Shown piece after piece: positions 1 through 9,835 of a DNA stretch of 64,000 bases. The DNA comes from Candidatus Bathyarchaeia archaeon (GTDB taxonomy: Archaea > Thermoproteota > Bathyarchaeia > Bathyarchaeales > Bathycorpusculaceae), in the NCBI GenBank assembly GCA_050010755.1, contig JBEKKK010000001.1, forward strand, positions 672,001-736,000, in the 5' to 3' direction. Every line of letters starts with the position of its first letter. The stretch's first letter is position 1. Below the pieces are notes generated by a model that ran no database searches, had not been told where the DNA came from, and saw only the letters and a program-made list of their open reading frames with translations. The position numbers were made by a program, and so were the translations under genes.

Positions 1-145
1 CCACGACGGTATTTGCCGCTGATCCTCCGCATGTTTCTGCGAAGTCTGTTATGAAGCTCTCTTCTTCCGCTGCGGCTATTCTGTTCACTCTATAGAGTTT
101 GTCTACGTTGAGTGCGCCGAATCCTACAACGTCAAATTTGCTCAT
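1..145 (-). CDS. PfkB-family carbohydrate/nucleoside kinase, N-terminal part (runs off window start)
   Basis: Manual translation from ATG at 145: [20 protein letters not shown]...[10 protein letters not shown], the PfkB N-terminal G-x-x-N-x-D and GGSAAN motifs. The start overlaps the ftr stop (ATGA). Confidence 0.85.
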   Translation of the reverse strand, partial: MSKFDVVGFGALNVDKLYRVNRIAAAEEESFITDFAETCGGSAANTVV

Positions 146-1056
146 CGGAACAGCTCACGCAGGTAAATCTTGTGCTCGCCCAGTTTTCCCCCGTAGTTTC
201 CAGCCGACACCATCACAACGCCATCAACGCCCAGGCTTGCTTCAATCCCGGCCTTCATGGCCTCTTTCACCGCCCGCATCGAAACGCCGTTAATCACTAT
301 TTCAGGGATATACTTGACCACGTCAGGCACTTTTGAATCTCTGCCCAGCTTCTCCTTCAGCGATGGGCAATAGGGATGGTTCGTCGTCGGTCCAATCAGC
401 GGAAACTTGGTCTCAGTCTTCGACCCTGCTGAACAGACGTCAAAAGGCGTAATCACCCCCTCAACCCTGCCGATGGCTTCTAATGCGGCCTTTCCTGCCT
501 CCGTGACCGACTGTTTCGTTCCGCACATAATCCAAAAATTACCTCCCGAAATCCCCCTCGCATAACCAACGTACCTTTCTATGAGAAAGTCGGGCACCAT
601 CAACGGAACAGCAATCATGCGCCGACCGTAAACACGCTCCTCCCACTCATACCCGTCACCGCAGTGCCCAACCCTTTCCACCATGTCCATCCTTCCCAAG
701 GGCTTATCCTGCAACGCCTCAAAAACCGCCGTGAACGGCTTCACCAGAATATCCTGCCTAATCCGATAAGAAAGCTCCCGTTCAAACCGCTCGACAACGC
801 CTTCCAAGGGCTTATCCTTCTCAAGGCCCTTCCAAAGCTGCAGAATAGCGCCTTTCCGTTTGTCCGGCGTTTCCTTTTCGCTCAGCCATTTTTCAATTCC
901 ACCCTCAAGCCTGCCTATCACCGTCGAAGGCGTGGCCGTAGCGTCCTCCGATGCCTTCTTCAACGTTTCCTCATCGTCCGCAGTGACCAAGAGTCGCACG
1001 TAGAGGCCGTCAAACGCCTCAGCATAAGTGTCCTCAACCAAACCCTTTTTAACCAT
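142..1056 (-). CDS. ftr: Formylmethanofuran:tetrahydromethanopterin formyltransferase (Ftr family)
   Basis: [43 protein letters not shown] and [10 protein letters not shown] motifs. ATG at 1056 chosen as start. Confidence 0.9.
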   Translation of the reverse strand: MVKKGLVEDTYAEAFDGLYVRLLVTADDEETLKKASEDATATPSTVIGRLEGGIEKWLSEKETPDKRKGAILQLWKGLEKDKPLEGVVERFERELSYRIRQDILVKPFTAVFEALQDKPLGRMDMVERVGHCGDGYEWEERVYGRRMIAVPLMVPDFLIERYVGYARGISGGNFWIMCGTKQSVTEAGKAALEAIGRVEGVITPFDVCSAGSKTETKFPLIGPTTNHPYCPSLKEKLGRDSKVPDVVKYIPEIVINGVSMRAVKEAMKAGIEASLGVDGVVMVSAGNYGGKLGEHKIYLRELFR

Positions 1057-1240
1057 CCCAGCCCAACCTGTCATACTCGTTAGCAAATTTTCAATTTGTG
1101 TTTTTTGGTCCCAGCTTCCAGTGTAGCTGCAACATCACACTACGCACTCTTATAAATTCCAGTTACCTCTTGGTGAAGAGGGATGTGTTTATGAGATCGT
1201 ATGCTTGCGCTGGTTCAAAAAGCCAATCGGGGAAGATATC

Positions 1241-1915
1241 ATGAGTTCTCAAATAGATTTGTACCGTGATATCCACAAGGGCCAGCGCCGTAGGTTTTTC
1301 AACATTGCAACTCAAGCTGGAATCCTCGACTATAGCGATCCGAAGGCTCTTGACACACTGTACGATGAACTATATGCCTTCAGGGAGCACATGCGCCTTC
1401 ACGCTCATGTGGAAGAGGAATTCATTCACACTGTTCTGTCTCAAAGAGTTCCAGGCGGTGCCAGGCAACTTGAGGAGGATCACCGCGCCATACATCAAGA
1501 ATTCGACGACCTAATAGCGCATTTCGACGGCATAAGAGCCAAACCTGTTGACTTCGAAAAACGTGGAGAACTCGCCCTCGAATTCTACCGAGCGTGGAGC
1601 CGCTTCATCGCATTCTACTTTATGCACATCAACAGAGAAGAAGAACAGATAATGCCCGTCCTTTGGAAACTCTGCACAGTCAAAGAGCTTTTTGAAATAC
1701 ACAAATTGATGATCACCAGCCAAAAACAGGAAGAACTCGTCGAAGACTTCGAGATGATACTACCGAACGCGAACCTGCAGGAACGCGTTGAAATTCTCGG
1801 GATGCTTCGCGTTTTAACGTCACCCGAGGTATACCAAGAGTTCCTCAAGCTTGCAGAACGCATACTCGAACCAAACGAATGGGCAAATCTGAAGACAGAA
1901 CTCGGACCTACATAG
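1241..1915 (+). CDS. Hemerythrin/HHE cation-binding domain protein
   Basis: H...HxxxEE...H...HxxxEE pattern (IHKG, HAHVEEE, EDH, HINREEE). ATG at 1241 likely. Confidence 0.8.
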   Translation: MSSQIDLYRDIHKGQRRRFFNIATQAGILDYSDPKALDTLYDELYAFREHMRLHAHVEEEFIHTVLSQRVPGGARQLEEDHRAIHQEFDDLIAHFDGIRAKPVDFEKRGELALEFYRAWSRFIAFYFMHINREEEQIMPVLWKLCTVKELFEIHKLMITSQKQEELVEDFEMILPNANLQERVEILGMLRVLTSPEVYQEFLKLAERILEPNEWANLKTELGPT

Positions 1916-2122
1916 ATAGCGCACGCGCAAGATTATGGAAACGCCCGGAAGACTGGAATGCAAGGTCTGTAATGCTCGCTGCTGAACAGATGAAAGATTG
2001 CGGTTGAACCGACGAACATCAAAGAACTCGCAATTTTCGTCATCACCTGGACACCTTCCACCAGTCCTCTTAACGCCCGCTTATTAACCTGTTTGAAGTA
2101 ACTTAGATGCGGATGTGAGTCT

Positions 2123-2764
2123 TTGTCGGGACCGCTTGACATAGTGCGCTCGTTACACAATGCGTTTAGGCGTGATGTTTCCCAGATCGATAATTCAGTC
2201 TTTACGGTAGCACGTAGTGGTGGTGATTTAGCACCCGTTTTTGATCGTCTCCATATAATGGGCGAGGTTCTGGACTATCACGCTAGGGGTGAGGAGGCGG
2301 CGGTTTTCCCCGCTGTCGACAAAGTAGCACCTCTCGTGGCAAAAGCCTACCTAATGGATCATCGTGAACTTGACACCATGGTTGGTGGGCTGGAAACGAT
2401 GCGGAAGACACCTGATCCTCTCACAACGGTCAGGGCCACAGCAGTTTTAGCTTCGCATTTAAGAATCCACTTGAACAAGGAGGATGCCCATCTGTACCCG
2501 ATCCTGAGAGAGCGAACAACAGAGACTGAACAGGCTTCCATCGGTGGACTCATGTCAAAAAACGTGCCGCCTGACAGGTTTCCCACTCTAGTTCAATGGC
2601 TGTTCCCTCTACTCGACCTTGAAGACCGAATCGTGGTAACAAAGGGCTGGATGACTCTGATGCCGCCACAGGTCTTTGCCGGCCTCAAACCCCTAATAAG
2701 AGAGAGCGTTGGCCAAAACTGGAGTGAACTGTCGCAGCGAATCCCAGAGCTCGAAAACAAGTGA
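2123..2764 (+). CDS. Hemerythrin/HHE cation-binding domain protein
   Basis: LHNAFRRD, HARGEEAAVFP, DH and HLNKEDAHLYP motifs. Confidence 0.8.
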   Translation: MSGPLDIVRSLHNAFRRDVSQIDNSVFTVARSGGDLAPVFDRLHIMGEVLDYHARGEEAAVFPAVDKVAPLVAKAYLMDHRELDTMVGGLETMRKTPDPLTTVRATAVLASHLRIHLNKEDAHLYPILRERTTETEQASIGGLMSKNVPPDRFPTLVQWLFPLLDLEDRIVVTKGWMTLMPPQVFAGLKPLIRESVGQNWSELSQRIPELENK

Positions 2765-2974
2765 ACCTGCAAGACCTTCCCAAACGTTGGTCAGTTGATC
2801 AAGTCTAACCCAATCACCATCTCACAAAGCACACTCGTTACTTTTCGGCATGAACAATGTGTAATCCATAAAAAACAGGAGGGCTGACGGCCCTTTCAAC
2901 GCGCGGTAGGCATCTTCCCACACGCTTTCAACGAGTGGCTGCCGACGCACTGCAGTCAAATTGTCCGTTGTGTA

Positions 2975-4333
2975 CTACGCCGGTGGAGGTCGGCTTCCCA
3001 GCGTCACTGCGACGTTAATCGTCTGGTTGTTTCGCACGATCGTGGCGTTTACCGTTTGGCCCGGCAGCGTGTTCTCTTCCATGTAGCTTGACATGGCATC
3101 TCCGTTCGCGATTCTCGTACCGTTGAACGCTATTATTATGTCGCCTCCGATAACGTAGGTGTTTCCTAGAAAGTCGGTGAACTGCGTCGTACCACCTTCT
3201 AAGCCCGCTGTGGCAGCAGGTCCTCCGCTCGTCACATCAGAGATCAACCAACCGTACGTTACAGTCGTGTTCATCGCCTGCGCAAGCTCATAGCTCATGT
3301 CGACGCCGTCTGCTCCCAGATAGGGATGACTGCTGTACGAACCGTTTATGATGAGTGACGGAACCTCCCGCAGTATCGAGCTGGATGGAATCGCCAGACC
3401 GAGCCCCTGAGCCGCAACGCCTTCGTAAGTGGCAGTGTAAGAGGTTATTCCAACAACCTCGCCCGCATAATTCAACAGCGGCCCTCCTGAATTACCAGGG
3501 TTTATCGGCGCCGAAGTCTGTATGCAATCAGATATGGCGTAAGTGGTCCAGTCAACCGTAACCGACCTGTGCAAAGCGCTTACTATGCCCGAAGTCATCG
3601 AACCAGTCAACCCGAGAGGATTGCCCACCGCGAAAACTGGGTCACCAACCTGCAGCGTTGACGAGCTTACGATTGTGAGAGGATGATACTCGCTCTCGGG
3701 CGCCGTCGTTGACAGCGTGGCCAGATCCGAGTAGAGATCCGTACCCGTCACATTGGCCGAATAGGTGTCTCCGTCCGTGAAGGTGACAGTGATGTTGGCT
3801 GCGCCTTCCACAACGTGATAGTTTGTTACGATTGCAAACTGCCCCGTCATGTTAGTGACGAAGCCCGAGCCCTCTACTTCTCCGTAGACGGGTGTGCCGA
3901 AATAGTATCCTGCCAGCACTATTCCTTGAACCATGACTATCGAGCCACTGACCTGATCGTACAACTGAGAAAGCGAAACGTTCATCCCCGAAATCGAAAT
4001 GTTGATGACAGATGAGTTTTGCACTGCCTGAAGTTCCTGCTCCAAATTTGATACCTGAGTCTCGAGGCTGCTGATTTGGGTCGAGTTTGATTGTAGTTCC
4101 TGTTCCAGGTTTCCTATTTGAGTTTGTAGGTCTCCTATCTGCGTCGAGTTTGACTGCAGTTCCTGCTCCAGGTTCGATATTTGACTCTTGAAGTTGTTAA
4201 TTTGATCCGAAGTGGCAAAGTTGCTCATCGCGTAGCCCAGTACTCCGCCTACCAGCAAAGCTACAAGGGCTATTCCTATCAAAACTGTGGCAAGACTGCG
4301 CGTTCTTGGTTTTTCGCTTGGCTCCGGCATCAT
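2975..4333 (-). CDS. HtrA/DegP-like membrane-anchored serine protease with coiled-coil stalk and PDZ domain
   Basis: N-terminal TM helix, GSGF, TNYHVV, SDLA and INPGNSGGPL (catalytic Ser), then a C-terminal PDZ (GGPA...GDII). Confidence 0.92.
   Translation of the reverse strand: MMPEPSEKPRTRSLATVLIGIALVALLVGGVLGYAMSNFATSDQINNFKSQISNLEQELQSNSTQIGDLQTQIGNLEQELQSNSTQISSLETQVSNLEQELQAVQNSSVINISISGMNVSLSQLYDQVSGSIVMVQGIVLAGYYFGTPVYGEVEGSGFVTNMTGQFAIVTNYHVVEGAANITVTFTDGDTYSANVTGTDLYSDLATLSTTAPESEYHPLTIVSSSTLQVGDPVFAVGNPLGLTGSMTSGIVSALHRSVTVDWTTYAISDCIQTSAPINPGNSGGPLLNYAGEVVGITSYTATYEGVAAQGLGLAIPSSSILREVPSLIINGSYSSHPYLGADGVDMSYELAQAMNTTVTYGWLISDVTSGGPAATAGLEGGTTQFTDFLGNTYVIGGDIIIAFNGTRIANGDAMSSYMEENTLPGQTVNATIVRNNQTINVAVTLGSRPPPA
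4029..4185 (-). repeat. Imperfect 63-bp (21-aa) tandem repeat, ~2.5 copies, encoding a coiled coil
   Basis: AGTTCCTG(C/T)TCCA recurs at 4032, 4095 and 4158. The protein has NLEQELQ three times. Confidence 0.85.
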
Positions 4334-4565
4334 GATCGACTCCTGAGGCTTGCCAAATCTCTTGTCCGTGAGGGATTTCTCGCGAAATGTGCGGTGCCAT
4401 TTTTCGTGCTTATGGTTATGTTTTTCATTTTGTTCACCGTTTTAGTGGCTACTATAGGCTATAGTAGCGAACTTTATAAACCTTACAGCCGCCGACAGCA
4501 ACGCGTCGGCCAAACAGCAAAAAGCTACTGCCGAGAAAAACATCAGGGGGCGGTCGGCGCCGTGT

Positions 4566-6389
4566 TCATTTTAGTCTGCGGTTGAAGAAGTCAAGAATAA
4601 TCTTGAATGTTCGGGTACGCATCGACATGTCCGTGTAACCGCCGTGTCCTTCTTCGCCGAACTCGACATACTCAAAGTCTTTTCCCTCTTTCTTGCCCAG
4701 CTCAACCAGTTTATCCCTGAACTGTCGACTCTCCTCCACCGGACACCTCGGATCGTGCACACCGTGAATCATCAAGATTGGACACTTGATATTCTGTGCA
4801 AAATTCAAAGCGCTTCTCTCTTCCCACAGCTTCGAATTCTTTTCAGGATCGCCCATGAACATCCTGACAAAATACTTGTAGTGCGGCAGGGAGCGTTCAT
4901 AGAACGTTTTGAGATTCGAAATTCCTACCCACGCGCAAGCGGCAGCCCACAACCTGGGTTTTTTGGTCACAGCCATGAAGGTCATGTAACCTCCGTAACT
5001 TCCACCGAATATCCCCATCCTCGCCTTGTCCCCGTATGGCAGGGACCTGAGATACTCAGCGCCCGAGGCGACGTCTTCGAGATCTTTACCTCCCCAATCC
5101 ATGAGGTTCATGTCCTGAAACTCTCTGCCGTACCCAGTGCTTCCTCTAACGTTGGGCAGCAACAAAACATAACCTTCGTTCGCCAACACCTGCCCAAACA
5201 TGTCAAAGTCGAAGAAATACTGACCCGTCGGCCCTCCATGCGGTATGATAAGCGTCGGAAGAGCCTTCCCACTCGGAATGTCCTTAGGCTTATAGAGTAT
5301 CGCAGGAATCTCAAGCCCGTCAGACGACGTGTACCAGATCCGTTCCGGAGTAACGAAAACGTTCGGATCTGCGCTTCCATACTGCGGCTCAACCAGGTAT
5401 TTTATGGTTTCAAGTTCAAAATCGTAGGCAACCAGGGCGCTCGGAATCGTCGGAGTGTTCAGAGGCGCTACCAAGAGCTGATCGCCTAGCGCGTACTGAA
5501 CGCTCGAGGCCAAGCCTTTCGGAAACCCCGTCTCAACACACTTTCCATTCTCAACATCGTAAACGACTGGAAGCACCGTCGCCTCATGATTTCTCAAACA
5601 CACCAGTTTCTTCCCATCCTCGGAAAAACCTGCAGCAGTCTCTTCACGTTCGCCGCCCAGAAGCCTCATTTTTCCAGTCTCAAACTCGTAAATGCCGGGC
5701 TGTTTCACAGCGTAAGCGTCAGTGGTAAAGGCAAGCAATCTGCCGTCGCTGCTCCATTCAACCGCATTGTCCTCAGAGCCCTCTTTCACACAGACTATTC
5801 TCTTCTTTTCGCCTCCATCCGATTTCACGAGCCAAATGTCCATGTTCCGCAGGTTTTTAGTCTCATTCACCCCGTAGGCTATCCAATCATGCTTCGGGTT
5901 CCAGGAACAGCCCCCCATCGTCGGGTTCGCATGATCAGTAAGTTGTTTCACCTCTTTGGTCTCAAGGTTCAACCTGAAGAGGTTAACCTGCCCCTTTCTC
6001 GTCGAAAGAATTACTAGGTACTTACCGTCTGCACTCGTGTCAATGGCATAGTTTTGAACCCCAACGGTTTCGGTGAGCGGCTCAGTCTTTCCCGAGTTGA
6101 TATTGATTCTAATCAGGTTGTGGTTTTCGTCGCCATCTTTGTCTTTGGCGAAAATCAGATATTCACCATCTCTCGTCCAAACGAACCCAGCCCGAATAGC
6201 CCTGGGGCACTCACCGTGACTCACTTGCCGTATCTCGTTAGTCTTCAAATCCAAAGTATACAGTTCCAACTTGCCAGTCTTATCCCAGTAAAAGGCCACT
6301 CTGTCTCTTGAATGATTAACCATCGGCGCAAGGACTTGAGGGATTTTTGCCAACGTGTCTACCGAATGTTCCTTCTCGTTCATACGCAT
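4566..6389 (-). CDS. S9 prolyl oligopeptidase/acylaminoacyl peptidase family protein
   Basis: Beta-propeller N-terminus, HGGP, NVRGSTGYG, GGSYGG nucleophile elbow, DPRC and EGHG. Confidence 0.93.
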   Translation of the reverse strand: MRMNEKEHSVDTLAKIPQVLAPMVNHSRDRVAFYWDKTGKLELYTLDLKTNEIRQVSHGECPRAIRAGFVWTRDGEYLIFAKDKDGDENHNLIRININSGKTEPLTETVGVQNYAIDTSADGKYLVILSTRKGQVNLFRLNLETKEVKQLTDHANPTMGGCSWNPKHDWIAYGVNETKNLRNMDIWLVKSDGGEKKRIVCVKEGSEDNAVEWSSDGRLLAFTTDAYAVKQPGIYEFETGKMRLLGGEREETAAGFSEDGKKLVCLRNHEATVLPVVYDVENGKCVETGFPKGLASSVQYALGDQLLVAPLNTPTIPSALVAYDFELETIKYLVEPQYGSADPNVFVTPERIWYTSSDGLEIPAILYKPKDIPSGKALPTLIIPHGGPTGQYFFDFDMFGQVLANEGYVLLLPNVRGSTGYGREFQDMNLMDWGGKDLEDVASGAEYLRSLPYGDKARMGIFGGSYGGYMTFMAVTKKPRLWAAACAWVGISNLKTFYERSLPHYKYFVRMFMGDPEKNSKLWEERSALNFAQNIKCPILMIHGVHDPRCPVEESRQFRDKLVELGKKEGKDFEYVEFGEEGHGGYTDMSMRTRTFKIILDFFNRRLK

Positions 6390-6559
6390 CGGCTCACAGG
6401 AAATGTTGAAACGACTAGTTTAAGAATTGTACTGTACGCACGTTTGGGATAAAACTATCCTTTCTCTCATTCGCCTGTTCCACGTGTGCCGGTTCGAGAC
6501 GCAACGGCCCTGTTCTGTGCAGAATCCAAATATTCAAGTCGGTCGAAGTTAACCTTGAA

Positions 6560-7078
6560 ATGAAAATAACCATCGAACCCGAAACTGAAGGCGATTACGA
6601 ACAGATAAATGGGCTTCACACATTAGCGTTTGACGGAGATCGCGAAGCAAGACTCGTGGCGAAATTGAGAAGGACGCCAATTTACATTCGCGAATTATCT
6701 CTTGTCGCAAGATACAGAAACGCGATTATTGGACACGTATTGTTCTACCCGATAAAAATCCGTACAAGCAGAAAGAAATGCGGCTCATTGGCCTTGGCAC
6801 CCGTTTCCGTGATTCCTAAATTTCAAAACAGAAAAGTCGGCAGCAGATTAATCAAGGAAGGCTTAGAGAAGGCTCACAAACTCGGATTCAAGTCCGTAAT
6901 AGTTGTTGGACACTCCAAGTATTATCCGAGATTTAGGTTTGAGAGAGCCAGCAAATACGGAATCTCAGCACCATTCAAGGTCCCTGACACAGCTCTCTTT
7001 GCCATCGAGTTAGAGAAAGACGGATTGAAAAACTGCAACGGAACAATAGAATATCCCATCGAATACGACGGAGTATAG
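6560..7078 (+). CDS. GNAT N-acetyltransferase (YhbS-like)
   Basis: LALAPVSVIPKFQNRKVGSRLI and VVGHSKYYPRF motifs. Confidence 0.88.
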   Translation: MKITIEPETEGDYEQINGLHTLAFDGDREARLVAKLRRTPIYIRELSLVARYRNAIIGHVLFYPIKIRTSRKKCGSLALAPVSVIPKFQNRKVGSRLIKEGLEKAHKLGFKSVIVVGHSKYYPRFRFERASKYGISAPFKVPDTALFAIELEKDGLKNCNGTIEYPIEYDGV

Positions 7079-7221
7079 TTTATCCTATTCCAGGGCCAGA
7101 AAGGCATGGACGACAACGAAAAAAACAATTCTTGCGTAATACTTCAGAGCGTTGAATGCCTGTTCGCGTTTGCAGAAAAGTTATAGCCGAACTTAAAACA
7201 ACTATCGATTGGTGAATCGGG

Positions 7222-7779
7222 TTGCTTGAAGGAAAGAACGTAAATTTGAGGGTCTTGGAAAAAGAAGATGTTGATTTTGAAGCTGAATGCTTTAATGACA
7301 TAGATTTCTGGGGAGAGCATAACAGCCCTGCTTTTGGGCAGATTTCAAAATCAACCTTGATGCAGCTATTCGATAATCCTTCAGACTTTCAAAAAGTGAC
7401 CGAGTGGAAGCTGTTCGTCATTCAGAAGAAGGATGGAACCAGGATAGGCCTCATCTATCATCGGATTTATCAGCCATACGGAGTGACGGGAATTGGATGC
7501 TTTTTGGTTCCTGGCCAAAGGGGGAAAGGATACGGAACAGAAGCCACTCAGCTAATGGTTGATTACCTTTTTCTCACCAAAGACATCGTCCGCATTCAAG
7601 CAACAACAAACGTCAAGAACGAGATGGCCAGGAGGGCTTTAGAGAAAGCAGGCTTCAAAACAGAGGGAACAATCAGAAAACTAAAATTCGTAAGAGGAGT
7701 CTGGACCGACTTCCATCTCCTCAGCATCCTCAGGGAAGAGTGGAAAGAACCAAGAATACTGACAAAAACCACCCGATGA
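7222..7779 (+). CDS. GNAT N-acetyltransferase, RimJ/RimL-like
   Basis: QRGKGYGTEA, N...RRALEKAGFKTEG and ILREEW motifs. Confidence 0.88.
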   Translation: MLEGKNVNLRVLEKEDVDFEAECFNDIDFWGEHNSPAFGQISKSTLMQLFDNPSDFQKVTEWKLFVIQKKDGTRIGLIYHRIYQPYGVTGIGCFLVPGQRGKGYGTEATQLMVDYLFLTKDIVRIQATTNVKNEMARRALEKAGFKTEGTIRKLKFVRGVWTDFHLLSILREEWKEPRILTKTTR

Positions 7780-7911
7780 AGGCTCGCTTATGGTTGAGTT
7801 CATTCCGTGGACGCTTCCCAGTCTCTCGTTTTTTTGTCCCGTCGCTGGTGTTCGCTGTGCTCACGAAAGGTTTATTCATAAAGGTGCCAGACTAGCAATT
7901 GAGGTATCGTT

Positions 7912-8646
7912 ATATCGTTTGAGTCAGGCAGAAAACTGGGTCTGACAGGAAGTTTAATAGAGGTTATCATTCCGATTGCGATCGTAGCGGCAGCGATACT
8001 TTACATCTGGTCAGTATTCTCATCTCTTGTCTCAACATCAATCCCGACGATTCCCTCATTCTATTCTACATCCTTGGTATTTCTGATAGTTTTTATTCTG
8101 CTCGGAATCATGATTTTCATTGGAATCTTCCTGTTCGTCATAGGTATGCGCCGCTTGTCGCGTTACTACGATGAGCCTCGCATTTTCAAGAATGCCCTAT
8201 ACGGTTTCATCTTAAACGTAGTTGGATCGGTAACTGCAACAGTCATAGAGTTCACTTTCGTGCTAGAATCAATAAGGAGCATCAATCAAACAGGCACCAC
8301 GCCGTTAGCTGCCACATTGGGGCCAGCCGTCTCGACAGTGGCGAGCGTTTCAACTGAGCTTACCATTGCATATTATGCAGCGCTAGCCATAGGCTTTGCG
8401 CTAGGAATAATAAGCGCCGTACTCTACATGCGCGCATTCAACATGCTAGCGGAAAAATCAGGTAAGGGTAACTTCAAAACTGTAGCACTCCTCTACCTTC
8501 TAGGCACAGCACTAACAATCCTGCTGATAGGAAGTTTACTCGTTTGGATAGCGTGGATTTATGCAGCGACAGGATTCAACTCGCTCAAACCAAAAGAAGC
8601 CTCAGCAACAAAGCCTCAGGTCCCTCTTCCACCCTCATGGTCGTAA
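7912..8646 (+). CDS. DUF996-like multi-pass membrane protein
   Basis: LSRYYDEPRIFKNALYG...F...LAEKSG...FKTVALLYLLG pattern. The frame is open upstream to ATA 7912 (SFESGRKLGLTGSLI) behind GAGGT. The first canonical start is TTG 8074. Confidence 0.7.
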   Translation: MSFESGRKLGLTGSLIEVIIPIAIVAAAILYIWSVFSSLVSTSIPTIPSFYSTSLVFLIVFILLGIMIFIGIFLFVIGMRRLSRYYDEPRIFKNALYGFILNVVGSVTATVIEFTFVLESIRSINQTGTTPLAATLGPAVSTVASVSTELTIAYYAALAIGFALGIISAVLYMRAFNMLAEKSGKGNFKTVALLYLLGTALTILLIGSLLVWIAWIYAATGFNSLKPKEASATKPQVPLPPSWS

Positions 8647-8866
8647 TAATCACCCCATAGTTAGTAGAGCGCCTTCACCGAGCTGATCCAGACATAGCGA
8701 CATTGCCTTTCCCTAGCTGAACAGTCAACCCGACTCACGATGAAGAGAAACTCCAGAGTCATGTTCCAGACGGGCAAGTGTCTAACAGAATCTTAAGGTT
8801 TCTGCACAACAGTTATGTTAGGGTGGAGAATTCACTACTTCGAAAGTTAACCGAGGAGATGTATGA

Positions 8867-9823
8867 TTGTCTCTCAGCGACGGGAAAATGGTTGAATTGT
8901 ATAAGGAAATGCTGAAGATAAGACGCTTCGAAGAGAGAGTCAGCGATTTATTCTCTAAAGGACTGATTCCCGGTTTCGTTCACCTTTACATAGGACAAGA
9001 AGCGGTCGCCGTTGGCATCTGCGCAAACTTGACGAAAAACGATTACATAACGAGCACACACAGAGGCCACGGACACTGCATCGCGAAGGGTGCAGATATG
9101 AAAAGAATGATGGCCGAACTCTTCGGAAAGAAGACAGGCTACTGTAAGGGCAAAGGAGGCTCAATGCACATCGCAGATTACAGCTCAGGGATACTAGGAG
9201 CAAACGCAATAGTGGGTGCCAACATACCCATCGCGGCTGGCGCCGCATTCGCAGCCAAATCGAAAGGAACCACTAACGTGTCAGTCTCTTTCTTCGGCGA
9301 CGGTGCGTCAAACACAGGAGCCTTTCACGAAGGAATTAACATCGCGGCGGCATGGAAACTACCCGTAATATTTGTCTGCGAAAACAACCTGTACGCAATT
9401 TCCACACGCACGACAAGATCCATGCCGATAACCAATATAGCTGATCGCGCCGCTTCCTACGGCATTCCAGGCGTAATCGCCGACGGCATGGACGTAATGG
9501 CGGTTTACGAAGCAGCTCACGAAGCCACAGACAGAGCAAGGAAGGGGCTAGGCCCAACGTTGATTGAATGTAAGACCTACAGGTTCTACGGATCATTCGA
9601 AGGCGATCCACAGCGCTACCGAACGAAGAGCGAGAGAGAAGAATGGCAAACGAAGGACCCGCTAAACTTCGGTGAAAAGCTAGTCAAACAGGGCATCATG
9701 ACCGATGCAGATCTCCAGAAAATCGATCAAGAGGTTAAGTCGGCCGTGGAAGAGGCGGTAGAATACGCACAGAACAGTCCGTATCCCGAAGCGGAAGAGG
9801 TGACAAAGGACCTGTTCGCATAG
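8867..9823 (+). CDS. TPP-dependent 2-oxoacid/acetoin dehydrogenase E1 alpha subunit
   Basis: HLYIGQEA, STHRGHGH, GKGGSMH and the GDGA...ENN TPP motif. Confidence 0.93.
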   Translation: MSLSDGKMVELYKEMLKIRRFEERVSDLFSKGLIPGFVHLYIGQEAVAVGICANLTKNDYITSTHRGHGHCIAKGADMKRMMAELFGKKTGYCKGKGGSMHIADYSSGILGANAIVGANIPIAAGAAFAAKSKGTTNVSVSFFGDGASNTGAFHEGINIAAAWKLPVIFVCENNLYAISTRTTRSMPITNIADRAASYGIPGVIADGMDVMAVYEAAHEATDRARKGLGPTLIECKTYRFYGSFEGDPQRYRTKSEREEWQTKDPLNFGEKLVKQGIMTDADLQKIDQEVKSAVEEAVEYAQNSPYPEAEEVTKDLFA

Positions 9824-9835
9824 GCAGGGGTTGGA

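Noticed and set aside
4644-5489. 281-aa antisense ORF and many similar shadow ORFs
   Set aside because: They lie fully opposite well-supported genes and have no motifs.
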